From NCBI GenBank assembly GCA_009602735.1, contig WELA01000881.1, positions 1 through 64,000 of the forward strand: DNA of 64,000 bases, in the 5' to 3' direction. This DNA is from Mesotaenium endlicherianum (taxonomy: Eukaryota). This document shows, piece by piece, positions 52,787-64,000 of this stretch. A program made the translations under genes and the position numbers. How positions within the stretch are numbered: the first letter of the stretch is position 1; each line of letters opens with the position of its first letter. The notes below the pieces were generated by a model, which saw only the letters and a list, made by a program, of their open reading frames with translations, did not search any database and was not told the DNA's origin.

Positions 52787-54164
52787 ATGGCGCCCACCAC
52801 ACAAAAGGAGGACAGAAAGCGCAAGGCAGAAGAAGCCAGGAGGACAATGGAGCAATACCAGAAGGAGCTGGCGGCGACGTCCCTCACCAGGAGAGAACAA
52901 GAAAGGGTCCGCAAGCAACAAGAGGTGCCAGACGAGGCACAGAGGAAGAAGGATCAGGAAGCGGAAAACCTCAGGAAGGCTGAGGAGGAGAGACAGAAGA
53001 AACAGCAAGAAGAAGCGGCAGCGGCAGAAGAGGAGAAAAGAAGAAAGATTGAAGCGGACAGACAGAAGAGCTTGGCCACTTACAGGTATACTGTGGTGGG
53101 TGGCCAAAACTTCGATAACCTGAAGGAAGCATTGCTGGCAGCCCAGGAGATCAACAGGCTGGAACAGACAACACTGCTACAAAAGGAAGGAGCTACAGCA
53201 CTGGACAAGTACATCGAGACACACACCGGCGTGGTCCTTTACGAAGATTATGCTAAGATGGTGGGCTATACAGCAGAGCAGGCCCGGTATCTCGCAGATG
53301 ATTCAGAGGACAAGCCGGTCCCCATACCGGGAATAGTGGGAGATCAGAGACTCATCCGGATGGTNGATAGTGGGAGATCAAGGACTCATCCAGATGGTGA
53401 GCATGCGGCCCGATAGCTTTAAGGATACAGTATTCTACCTCACACTCCTGCCAGCTTACAATGAAGTTGAGAGAAGGAGCTGGGAGTACTTGGCCAGGGA
53501 AGCAGGACAGCAGATGTTCTCTCCCCACTGGTTCCCGTGTAAACTGAGGAAGGCTGAGCACGGACCCCAGTACTACCAGCAGCCAACAGACTGGAGGTGG
53601 ATGACCGTCACAAATAAGAAGCAGGAGTGTGACCGAGCCCAACCGGAGGACTTCCACTATGGCCTAGACGGCTATCTCATCCTACCACCTTACATTGCCC
53701 CTTGGGACCCCAGGCTGAATGGATGCCTGAGCAATATGAATGAAGAGACCAAGGAGCATAGGAGGAGGGGAAGAGACTACTTCTCTAAGGGAAAGCATGC
53801 CTTTGTCAAATGGGCAAAGAATGCAGGCCGGATAGATATCAGCAGGCTGAAGGCCAAGCAACCTCCAGCGCGCCCTAAGAAAGGGAGGTCGGTAGACTAC
53901 TCCATGTCTACTAGGGAGCAGGACGACTTAGTGGACGAGACCCCTACTCTCTCCGAGGAGGAGGATGAGGAGGATGAGGAAGAAGAACAGGGCAGAGGAG
54001 AAGCATCAGCAGCAGGTACTCAGGATACCTTGGGACAGGTAGGGGCGCTTCTCAAAGAACCACGATCAGGTGTTTGGAATGTGATCCCCGTTATGGCGAC
54101 TACTAGACCCCGCGCTCGCTCCCACAGCCCACCTGCCCAAGGGGAACCCAGGGGAAGAAGCTGA
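52787..54164 (+). CDS. Extra ORF of element D, ~447 aa after collapsing the overlap at the N; unknown function
   Basis: ORFs 52763-53416 and 53370-54164 join in frame when the 33-nt duplication plus N is removed. Charged coiled-coil N-terminus, aromatic-rich middle and acidic/basic tail; splice acceptor TGCAG just before ATG 52787. Confidence 0.6.
53332..53398. other. Assembly join: single N between overlapping 33-nt ends
   Basis: AATAGTGGGAGATCAGAGACTCATCCGGATGGT-N-GATAGTGGGAGATCAAGGACTCATCCAGATGGT (4 differences). Confidence 0.85.
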
Positions 54165-54617
54165 TCTGAGTGTATTGGGCAGCAGACACAGGCAGAAATC
54201 CCCAGAGGACAGGGGTGCCAGAAGAGGGACACGCGGGTGGGCCAGAGGTATGCCGGCCTCCCCCTCCGCTCAGGGGCATGTACCTCTAGCCAATGTATTT
54301 CAGCATCCTACTGGAATGCCTGTCTATGTGGGCATCAACACCCAAGTGGTTGAAGAGCAGGCTACCATCCTTCGTTCTCCTCGAGGTCCAACTTTAGAGC
54401 AAACCGGGTTCTTTAGAAGGCCAGCTGACAGACCTAGAGGGCTGTCCAGATCTAGGTCCAGATCTCCGTCTCCTGATCCTGAAGCCCCAGGAACCACCCC
54501 TTAAGGTGACAGGCTGAAAAGATAGTCAGTAAGGGAGGCTGGTCAGGGACAGTTTCTTTATTTAACGCTTTCGCAGTTTAATGTTGTCGAGGCGACAACA
54601 AGTTAAGTTGGAGGGAT

Positions 54618-55362
54618 AGTAATGAATCAGTATATTAGTAGATATAATATTCATTTAAATATAATAGTTAATTTAGTTCAGCCTGCTGAACTTTAGTTAG
54701 TAGTCAGTCTGCTGAACTTTAGTTAATAATCAGTCTGCTGGACTTTACATAATTATCAGTTTAATGACTCGGCCAAAAGCAGCAGGCTGAAGTCAACTCA
54801 AGTCAGCTTGCTGACACATTCTTTGACAGCCAGCTGACTTCCGTGCTCGGTAGCAGCAAACTGCCTTGATATGCATCTAAGTACCACCTGCTAGATGAAT
54901 AGCCAGATGACATCCCCATGATGGATGGCTGTTCGGGATGATGAGAGATGGCGGTGGATTTGGTTAACTGAGGTCCTACCAACGTGGTCAACTCCCGGGT
55001 AGGCGGTGCCATCGCACTGACCGTTGAACAGTAAACTCATTCCATGTACATATGCTAGGCATTGCTCTCGAGTTTGGCATTCGGAAACGAGGCCAACTCT
55101 CTTGTACAGCTTACTGAGAGAACTCTGAATCCAAGGCGAGAAGCCATTGATACGCACTGTCTTCTAACCTTGCTTATGTATGAGTTTACTGATTTGCATC
55201 ATTGATGCTAGTTTACTCGCATTTGACTTACGAGTATTATTCCCTGCTAGTGTATTGTCCTTTGCCGTTTAACTAGTTAACGGAAATACCATAAAGATTA
55301 CTTGCTGATATAAAGATCTTTATTAATTGTTAATCGCCTATTTGGTAAGTCGATTCATTTCA
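54618..55362 (+). repeat. 3' LTR of element D
   Basis: Follows PPT TTAAGTTGGAGGG. Ends (A)GTAATGAATCAG...GATTCATTTCA, matching the C LTR termini. Contains a ~27-bp repeat x3 near 54673-54745. Confidence 0.75.
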
Positions 55363-56640
55363 GTATTGGTGAAAGATACTTATGCATTTTTTGTAAACGA
55401 GACAAGTGTGCGTAACACTGTCCAAGGTTAGGGTCATGCGGGTGAAAGTGTAAGAACATGCTCTCATGGATACACTCCAGGTGCAAGAAATCAGCAAAGC
55501 TCAACACTTGCATACAAATAAATTTTTGACAATGTATATTTATGTACATACATTTATGCACACATTGGGTATGCCAGAGTAAACAAGAACCTTTGGTGCA
55601 TGCGCACAAGCACCTAGAATTTCCGATGCACTAAGTTGTGTTGTAAATAGCTCAGAAGATGGCTTTGCAGCTAGCTCTTCAGCTAATCTTTTGAAGGCCC
55701 CTTGCCTTTCCTCTGAGGATTGTTCCTCAATGCCTTCCTAGCAGAACACATCGAGATCGTATGCCCAATTCTTTCCACAGCCAAAACACAAAGCTTTTGC
55801 TATTATGAGACTGCGGGCTCCTGTGCTACCTATCTTGCTATCCTTGGGAGGTGGACCACCGAATCTGGAAGAGTTGCTCGCGCCATAAGAAGAGTTCTAT
55901 AAGGTCATAGGTTTATAAAGTGCATTTTTGAGTTTCATGAAAGCATATTTTGTTGTATAAAACTGTAAAGTGCATTTTTGTGATCATTTTGACATAAAGT
56001 TCATCGAATTTGGTTGAGTATTGAGAGAATTATGAATTTCCAAAGTTTATATAGTTTTGAGGTCGGTTGACGTCTGTCCTTAATTTGCGGTGAGCGCAAC
56101 CGTCGGATTAACACAGCGACGAGCAATCTGGCCTGTTAAAATGAACTTGAACCTTCACGAAAGTTTGGCAAACGCGGAAAGCCGACTAGGTCGATTTACC
56201 TAGAAGTTTCGGTTTAGCCTAGCGCGTTTAAGATAGAATATTCTAGTAATGTCGATGCATGTATGTGGACGTCAATTTGGCCCGACACATCAGATCAAAC
56301 TGATCTGGCTCACTCATGAATAGTTTGGAAGGGACAGTTTGCCAAACACTTAGGAAAATGCGTACCTTCCTCCCAAAGAGGAGCACTTAGGCAGAAATTT
56401 ATTGATAGGCATAACTTTTTTGCTTCTTTTCGGTATTCACTTTTGTATATTTCTACGGGTTTGTGATAAAATGACCTTCCATCCTACATCATTTGTAAGC
56501 AGTTTCTTGCTACTTAAAATATTGAGTAATTTTCCTAAGCTTTCTTAGTAATATGTCGCCGCACTCTTTAGTAAGATTGGAACTAGTTCTTTTCCTCGTG
56601 AGTCACTACGCTTCCACTAGGGCACTCCGCCCCTTTCATC

Positions 56641-56652
56641 TGGTATCGGAGC
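56641..56652 (+). promoter_or_regulatory. Primer binding site (tRNA-iMet type) of B3
   Basis: TGGTATCGGAGC two bases after the LTR end. Confidence 0.88.
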
Positions 56653-56675
56653 AAGGCTAGGTTACATATCATAAT

Positions 56676-57706
56676 ATGGAGTCGAAGCCGGCAGCTGGAG
56701 GAGGCGAACATGTCGAGCATGTTGAGCGCGCGGGGCAGCAGACGGCACCACCTTTGTCAAGGGAGCAACAAGAGATGCAGGCGATGTTGAGGCAGATGGC
56801 AAACGCAATTCGAGGAGAAGTCTACACACAGTTTGAACAAAATATGCGCCAGGAGGTGGAGAGAATGGTGCGAGTTGTTGTTGGTCATGCCACTTCGACA
56901 AATTCTGCACCTGCACCTGTTGTACCACCAATTCATGTTAACCTAGTATTGCAACCAGTTATTCCACCCGCATCAAGAGTGCATGCACCTAAGCGTGATG
57001 TGTATACTGGAGAGCGTGGATCGCCGCCTGTTCATCAATGGATTTTTGGAGTGAAGAAGTTTATGGAGTATTGTGCGCTCACGCGCAACAAACAAGTCGC
57101 CTTTGTCATAACTTTGCTGCAAGAGAGTGCTGGAGCTTGGTATGAACGAGAAGAGCAGTAGTCTAGAGTTCCTGCTACTGTTGATCTGCTCTTTGAAGGC
57201 TTGAAGAAGCAATTTCAACTTATTGCACCTGAGGCTACGGCTCAAGATCTACGGTGTGCCTTCGTCAACGAGGAAGCGTTCAAGAGTATGTTTCGCGCTT
57301 CAACGAGCTGGTGCTTCAATGTCCATCCATGCACAAGTCTGAGTTGATGGACAAGTTCAAGAGGGACTCAAGCCAACTGTAGCCAAGGAAGTGGCGCTCA
57401 AGGGCCCTACTAGTCTTGGAGAAATGATGGCATTGGCAACAAGGGTTGACGCTCTGGAGTATAGTCAAAGGCAGTGGGGCAGCCACAACTTTGGAGGTTA
57501 TCCACTCTTTGGATCTCAAGCGCCAAGCACGAGTGGACAAGGTCCAGTACCTATGGACTTCGGACTTGTGCAGTACCAGCGCAGGCAGCAAACTTTCAAG
57601 CCGAGAGAACCCTGCTATAATTGCGGCAAGCTTGGACATATGGCTCGAGACTGTCATGTGAAGAGCAAGCTACCTCAATAACAGAAAAAAAGGAGGACGC
57701 CAGTAA
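56676..57706 (+). pseudogene. gag: gag of B3, disrupted
   Basis: ORFs 56676-57161 and 57391-57681 match B1 Gag, including 'CYNCGKLGHMARDC'. Confidence 0.9.
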
Positions 57707-60700
57707 GTCGTTCTGGGGTGTCTACTAGTGTGAAGACGAAAACTCACAAGGAGGTTATCCCCAGGAGCCTGCCGAGAAGCGAGAGACGAGATGTTGACAA
57801 GCCTATCATCGTGGAAGAAGTAGTCGACGGCAACAAGGCAAAGTGTATGGTCGACAGTGGCGCAAGTGAAAACTTTGTGCACAAGAAGTTGGTGAAAGAG
57901 TGGCGAATCCTTGTGCAGAAGCATTATGAGCCTAAGGAGGCAATTTTGGCAAATGGGCAGAGACTCAAGTGTGGTGCACCTACGGGATCTATTCACGTGG
58001 AAGTAGCAGGGCACCTGTAGTGAAACAGATATTTCATGATTTTAGTTGGGGCCGGCTGCCAGTCCCTCTCTTGCGTTTGTCGGGGCTGGCTGCCCGCCCC
58101 GTGCTTGCTTTTGTCGGGCTGGCTGCCAGCTCCTGCTTGCTTTTGTGAGGCTGTGTAGTGAAACAGATAGATAAAGTACTTAGTAAAACAGAATACTTTA
58201 TCTATTCAAGACAAGGATCTTTGAACACAAGTGGTAGCTTCTTGAAAGAGAGATGGCTTCTTGAAAGTTAATATATTTCTGGATTTTGGCAAGTACAAGA
58301 GTGATTCTGGAATGTCTTTCTATGTTCTAGCTCTTGTTTATATACTTGCTACATAAGTAATTTCTAGGAAGGTGTATGTTGATGTGTTGGCACCCAACAC
58401 ATCCCAAAACTTGCCACCTCTTTCTAGAATAATGTACACATGTCCTTTTGACCTAAAAATGGCACATCTGACTTTTGCCACATGGAGTTCTTCTAGGTCT
58501 TTCCTCTAACTTCGAAAATGCCTTGGAAGGTTCAAAGGACATGAACCAAGTTACTAGAGTACCTATTCACACTTGACTCCACACAATACTACTCCAAATA
58601 TATTTGAAAACATTAAAATATATGCGAATTAATATATAATAACTCAAATCGCTACAGCACTGGAGTAAGGAAGTTATGGAGCAGGAAAAGTTGGGTCACC
58701 ATGAGGTGATATTGGGCCGACCATGGCTAAGAAAAGCCAACCCTCAAGTGCAATGGAGCACAGGACAAGTGAAGGTCCGAGGGCGTGATGGTCGAATGGA
58801 GACAGCCAAACAGGTGGAGGTAGATACGACCACAAGTACCGGTCTTTTGTCGAGCTTGCAAGTTAAGAAGCTATGCAGGGCGAATCAGGTGAAGGAGATG
58901 TACCTTGTTTCGGTGGCCATGGCCAAGTCATCAGATGGAGCAAGCATGAATCATAACAGGCTGGGCGAATGTACATCGCCCAAGGAGCAAGTAGTGGTGT
59001 CTGATCCCCTTGCTCGGAAGAAGCAGAGCCCAACTGCTCAAGAGAAGAAGCCTGCTGAGATGCCTGCCCAAATTAAGGCGCTGTTGGAGGAGTTCCAATG
59101 CGTTTTTCTTGAGGAGCTACCTGCAGGATTACCTCCACAGAGAGCTATGGAGCACAAGATCAAGTTGGAATCAGGGAGCAAGCCACCAGTAAGACCCGCC
59201 TGAGAGAGTTATTGGAGAAGGGATTCATCCGACCCAGCAAGTCTCCATTTCCAGCGTCAGTCTTATTTGTGAAGAAGAAGGATGGGACTATGAGGACGTG
59301 TGTCGACTACCGGGCTCTCAACAAGGTCACCATCAAGAACAGTACCCACTTCCACGAGTGGACGAGTTGATTGACAGGCTTGACGGGGTAAAGTATTTCT
59401 TGAAGATCAATTTCAGGAGTGGCTATCACCAGGTACGAATTGCGGAAGGAGACGTTCAGAAGACTGCTTTCAGGACTCGCTATGGGTCATTTGAGTTCAC
59501 AATCATGCCTTTTGGGCCGACTAATGCACCCGCTACATTCATGAGACTCATGAATAGTATCTTCAGACCCTACTTGGGCCAGTTTGTGGTGGTATTTTTA
59601 GACGACATCTTGATCTATTCGAAGACCTTGGAGGAGCATGTGGAGCATCTGAGGAAGGTGTTCGAGGTCTTGAGAGATCAGAAGCTATATGGGAAAATGT
59701 GCAAATGCAACTTCTCTCAAGGAGGTCGAGTTTCTTGGGCACATAGTGGGAGCTGAAGGAGTCAAGGTGGAGCAGAACAAGGTGCAAGCAATCAGAGATT
59801 GGCCGGTACGTGCTGATATTCATGAACTCAGGAGCTTCTTCGGCATGGCAAATTAATATCAACGTTTCATTGAAGGGTTTGCCAAAGTGTGTGCACCACT
59901 CACGGACATGTTGAAGAAGCAAGAGAAGTGGATAAGGGGAGACAAGGAGCAGCAAGCTTTTGAGAAGATTAAGGAGCTATTGACACAAGCACCTGTGTTG
60001 GCAATTGCCAATCCAGAGCTTCCTTTTACCATCATCACGGACACATCAAACTTTGCAGTGGGGGCCATTCTTCTCCAGGACCAAGGCGAGGGATTACAAC
60101 CCGTGGCATTCGAAAGCAGGAAGTTGAGTCCTGCTGAGCAAAAGTATGCAGCACACGAGCGAGAAATGTTGGCTATTATCCAGGCTTTGAGGATTTGGCG
60201 ATGTTATGTGGACGGACGGGCAGTGTTCATCAAGACCGACCACAAGAGGTTGGAAAAACTTATGACGCAGCCAACGCTGACACCAAGACAGGCAAGGTGG
60301 ATGGAGTTTCTGAAACTGTTCGACCACAAGACTGAGTACTTACCGGGGAAGATCAAACCTGCAGACGCTTTCTCGAGGAGGTGTGACCTTGCAGCTATCT
60401 CAATCATCAAGGAGAGTATGGACTTCAAGGAGAAGCTTCAGAGAGGTTATAAGGAGGACCCTGAGTTTGCTGATGGTGGAGCAGCTGAGTCCAAGTCAAG
60501 TATGCAAAAGAAGGACGGCATATGGTATTATGATGATTCCAAGAGAGTGGTGGTACCTGACATCAAGGAGCTACGCGACTTATTACTCGCAGAGCATCAT
60601 GACTGCTTATATGCTGGACACTTTGGAAGCAAGAAGACGGCAAGCGTGCTGAAGCGGGAGTATTATTGGAGAAATATGGACAAGGACATGGAGGAGTGGA

Positions 60701-61860
60701 TCAAGAGTTGCGATGCGTGCCTGCGTAACAAGACACCAAATCAAAAGAAGGGAGGTACCTTGCAACCCCTGCCTATTCCAGAGTATCCTTGGGAGCAGAT
60801 TGCTATGGACTTCATCACGTCGTTACTTGTGCGCGGTCAAGGGCACGATGCAGTTCGGGTTGTGTTTGATCAACTTAGCAAGATGGCACACTTCATTCCC
60901 ATGAAGGAGACTTGTACAGTAGCAGATGTGGCACGACTATTTGCTGATCATGTTTTCAGACTACATGGGTTGCCGAAGGTGATTGTTTCAGATTGCGATC
61001 CAAAGTTTACTAGCAACCTTTGGCGGTCATTGTACTTTGATCGGGACCAAGCTGAGCATGAGCACTTCCTATCATACTCAGATCGACGGGCAGAGTGAGA
61101 GGCTCAACAGAACTCTGTAAGAGGTGCTCAGGAGTTTCGCTATGGAGGACCCTTCAGAGTGGGACAAGAAACTACCAGGGTTGGAATTTTCCTACAACAA
61201 CAGCATGCAGGGATCCACCAAGCAGTCACCATTTGCTATGGTTTATGGGCAAGAAGTATATCATCCAGGGAACATCTTGTTGGAGTAGGCCAAGGAGACT
61301 CAGGTTCCTACTACACAAGCTTTTATGGAGCAGATGGCCAAGACTTGGGACATGGCTAAGACGTCTATACGGAAGGCAAAAGAAGAGCAGGTTAAGCATG
61401 CTAATAAGCATCAAAGGGAAGTGACATTCCATATGGGCGACAAAGTACTTTTGTCAACAGAGAAGCTACCTTTCACAGGCAAGAGGAAACTGCGGGCACG
61501 ATTTACAGGTCCCTTTGTGGTGCTCAAGCAGGTTAAATAACTTAGTGACCTTCAAGTTGGAACTTCCTTCAAGCTGGCGTATCCATGATGTGTCCTATGT
61601 CAGTTGTTTGCGGCCATACGTTGACCCGAATGAAGGGCATCCAGGACGACTAGCCACACCGCCACCATTGGTTGAGATCGATGATGTATTGGAGTATAAA
61701 GTGGAGGCGATTGTCGGCGATCGGCGCGTCAAGCGAGGTCAACGACTTGTTCAAGAGTATTTGGTTAAGTGAAAAGGCTACCATGCCGACGACAACACTT
61801 GAGTGCCAGAGGCCAACTTGACTCATTGTTAGAGTAAGTTGAGATGTTTATATAGAATGC
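57690..61860 (+). pseudogene. pol: pol of B3, disrupted
   Basis: 'MVDSGAS', FLDD, RNase H and IN in ORF 59887-61098, and chromodomain near 61690-61830. Confidence 0.92.
58016..58656 (-). mobile_element. Family A solo LTR (58154-58656) preceded by a duplicated 16-bp end and 122-bp foreign filler
   Basis: TGTAGTGAAACAGATA at 58016 and 58154; outer TSD GCACC/GCACT; B3 protease resumes after 58661. Confidence 0.9.
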
Positions 61861-62765
61861 GTCGAGGACGTCGCATCTTGAGGAGGGAGATGATGTAAGG
61901 TCATATGTTTATTAAGTGCATTCTTGAGTATCAAGAAAGTATAATCTTATTGTATAGAACTAGAGAGTGCGTTTTCTTGATGATTTTGATAGAAAGTTCA
62001 TCGAATTTGGTCAAGTATTGAGAGACTCATGGACTTTTGAAGTTTGATTAATTTTGATGTCGGTTGACGACTGTCCTTAATTTGCTGTGAGCGCGACCGT
62101 TGGATTGACCGACAGCGTCGAGCGGTCTGGCCCGTTAGAGTGAACTCGAACCTTCACGTATGTTCGTCTAACACGGAGTGCCGACTAGGTCGGTTTACCT
62201 AGAAGTTTCGGTTTAGCCTAGCGCATCTAAGGTAGAATATTCTAGTAATGTCGATGCATACATGTGGACGTCAATTTGACCCGACACGTCAGATGAGACT
62301 GATCTGGCCTACTCACAAATTTTCTGGAAGGGACGAATTGACAAACACTTAGGAAAATCCCGTAGCGTCCTCCTAGAGAGGAGCACTTAGGCAAAAAAGA
62401 CTTTAAATAGGCGTAGCTTCTTTATTTCTTATTAGTTTCTACCTCTGTAAATTTCTACAAGTTTGTAAGGACAAGGCCTTTCATCCTACATCATTTGTAA
62501 GCAATTTTTTGCTACTCAAAATGTTGAGTAATTTTCCTAAGCTTTCTTAGTGATATGCCGCTGCACTCTTTAGTATGATTGCAATTAGTTCCTTTCCTCG
62601 TGAGTGCCTACGCTTCCACTAGGGGACTCCGTCCCCTTTCACTCTGGCTAGAATCAGAGCCTTCCACACACTCCATAGGATGATAGATCCTTGCACTCCT
62701 CAATCGCATGAACCCTTGAATTTCTCCAGGTCCCCTTCCAAGTTGATCATCAACAGCCTTCACAG

Positions 62766-64000
62766 CAGGGTTACGCCGTACGCCGTACAAGCCAAGCTTT
62801 GTATGCTTATTTAAGCGTACTGAGTCGATTCGCTCGTACTAAGCGTACGAGTAAAATTTCACGCATGCACGCCACCCAAATCAAGTCCAATGCCGTCGAA
62901 TCTTTTCCCGTCGACTTGTTTTGCTCGTGAGTTTAAGAAAATCGACGGGATCGAAAATGTACAAGTCTGTGTGTCAGGTTCTTGTAGCAATAACGTGTAC
63001 CGTGAATTTTTGCAAAACTCGATCGCCAATGTTTTGGCTTCTGCCAATATTTTGGAAAGGCAGCGGCAACGTTGCTCGCATCAGCGCGGTTGCACAATTC
63101 TTCACTGCACAACCCCCATCAACTCGAACTTTGCAACCATGGACATATGTGCAGCCGCAACCATGTCCGTCCTAGGTTTGTTTAGTTTGTCTTGCAACAC
63201 TGTCTCTCTTTTCCGTCCCATCCCTCCATCTCAATGCACTTATGCTCTTTCTCGCTTTCTCCCCCATTCTCCCCCTCTCCTCTTCCTCTTCTCTCCCTCT
63301 CTTATCTCAAAAGCTCTCCCTTTCTGTGTGCTTGCGACAGTTGCTATGTATCAGGCAGCTGCTGCCATGTGTCAAGGTGTTGTCAGGGCTGCTGCTTCAA
63401 GATTATCTTGCTTGTTTTGCTTCGAAGCTGCCGAGGACGAGGGGAGGCTAGAGAACAGAGTTGCCTAGATTTTGCCGGCAGGGGCATACTGGGTTGCAGC
63501 TCACGATTGGACTGGCTGTAGTTCTTACCCTGGGCTAGGCTGTAGCACCCCGTATTGCCCTGGGCTGGCTAGCTGTGGCTCGCAGTTGGGCTGCACATCA
63601 AGGCTGGGCCGGCGGTAGCTTTGCCCTGGGCCTTACCCCCGGGTTGGCGACTCATCCCTGGACTGGCTGGGTTGTAGCTCGTCCCTGCTTCTGCTAATCT
63701 CTCGCCTCCTCTCCCTGCTCTTCGTCCTGCTGAACCTCTGAACCTCTTGCTACACCTCTTCCTCCTCCTCCTCCTGCACCTACTTTTGCTCTTGTACCTG
63801 CTCTATGCTCACATCTCCTCCTGCTCCTGCACCTCCTCCTTCCCTTGCTGCCCCTCCTACTCCTTAAAAGGGGAAGGAGAAAGGAAGGGGGGCTCCTTGG
63901 ACGGCCTGCTTGGGCTACCTTGCTCCCAAACATATCCTCTGTGCAGCTGGCATGTGGCGGGCTGGCTAGTTGGCTGCCTGCATCAGATGGTGCATGTAGT
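62766..64000. mobile_element. hAT-family terminus, element probably running off the window
   Basis: Begins CAGGGTTACGCCG with CGTAC subterminal repeats. Sequence near 63345 resembles the minus strand near 44300-44340. Confidence 0.55.

Larger units (their letters stand above)
51220..55362 (+). mobile_element. 5'-truncated chromovirus (family D): integrase-chromodomain, extra ORF, PPT, 3' LTR
   Basis: IN 51220-52355, chromodomain to 52519, PPT at 54603 and LTR ~54618-55362. Spans a scaffold N at 53365. Confidence 0.75.
55898..62641 (+). mobile_element. Full-length degenerate family B chromovirus (B3)
   Basis: LTRs 55898-56638 and 61894-62641; PBS TGGTATCGGAGC at 56641; PPT before 61894; gag and pol fragments. 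No matching TSD. Confidence 0.93.

Noticed and set aside
52787..54164. Calling the extra ORF env
   Set aside because: No signal peptide or transmembrane segment is visible; position alone is insufficient.
54673..54745. Short repeats as CRISPR-like arrays (also 27105-27225 and 58045-58153)
   Set aside because: Head-to-tail degenerate repeats without unique spacers, in a eukaryotic TE context with no cas genes.

Overview
Eukaryotic, repeat-saturated DNA, probably plant or streptophyte-like (inferred from chromoviruses with tRNA-iMet primer sites, an intron-containing DUF659 hAT transposase and CT/GA microsatellites). No intact host gene, RNA gene or CRISPR array was recognised. The window is a nest of Ty3/gypsy chromoviruses, labelled here for convenience. 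Family B (~740-bp LTR, TGTAAGG...CCCCTTTCA) has copies at 14343-17067, 18121-43929, 32548-36879 and 55898-62641. Family A (503-bp LTR, TGTAGTG...CACTACA) has two full-length copies and two solo LTRs, all inside B copies. Families C and D share LTR termini. Also present: a complete hAT element (44628-50532), further hAT ends, a degenerate EnSpm/Plavaka-like transposase and a copia-like remnant. Main observations: (1) a gapless, fixed-spacing ~70-bp motif shared by otherwise dissimilar LTR families, always in the same orientation and arrayed at 166-178-bp spacing in family A; (2) a chromovirus with an extra ~447-aa ORF of unknown function, preceded by splice signals and bracketed by duplicated PPT motifs; (3) an age paradox, where a young element contains a much older 5.7-kb block. 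All alignments and mismatch counts were done by eye.
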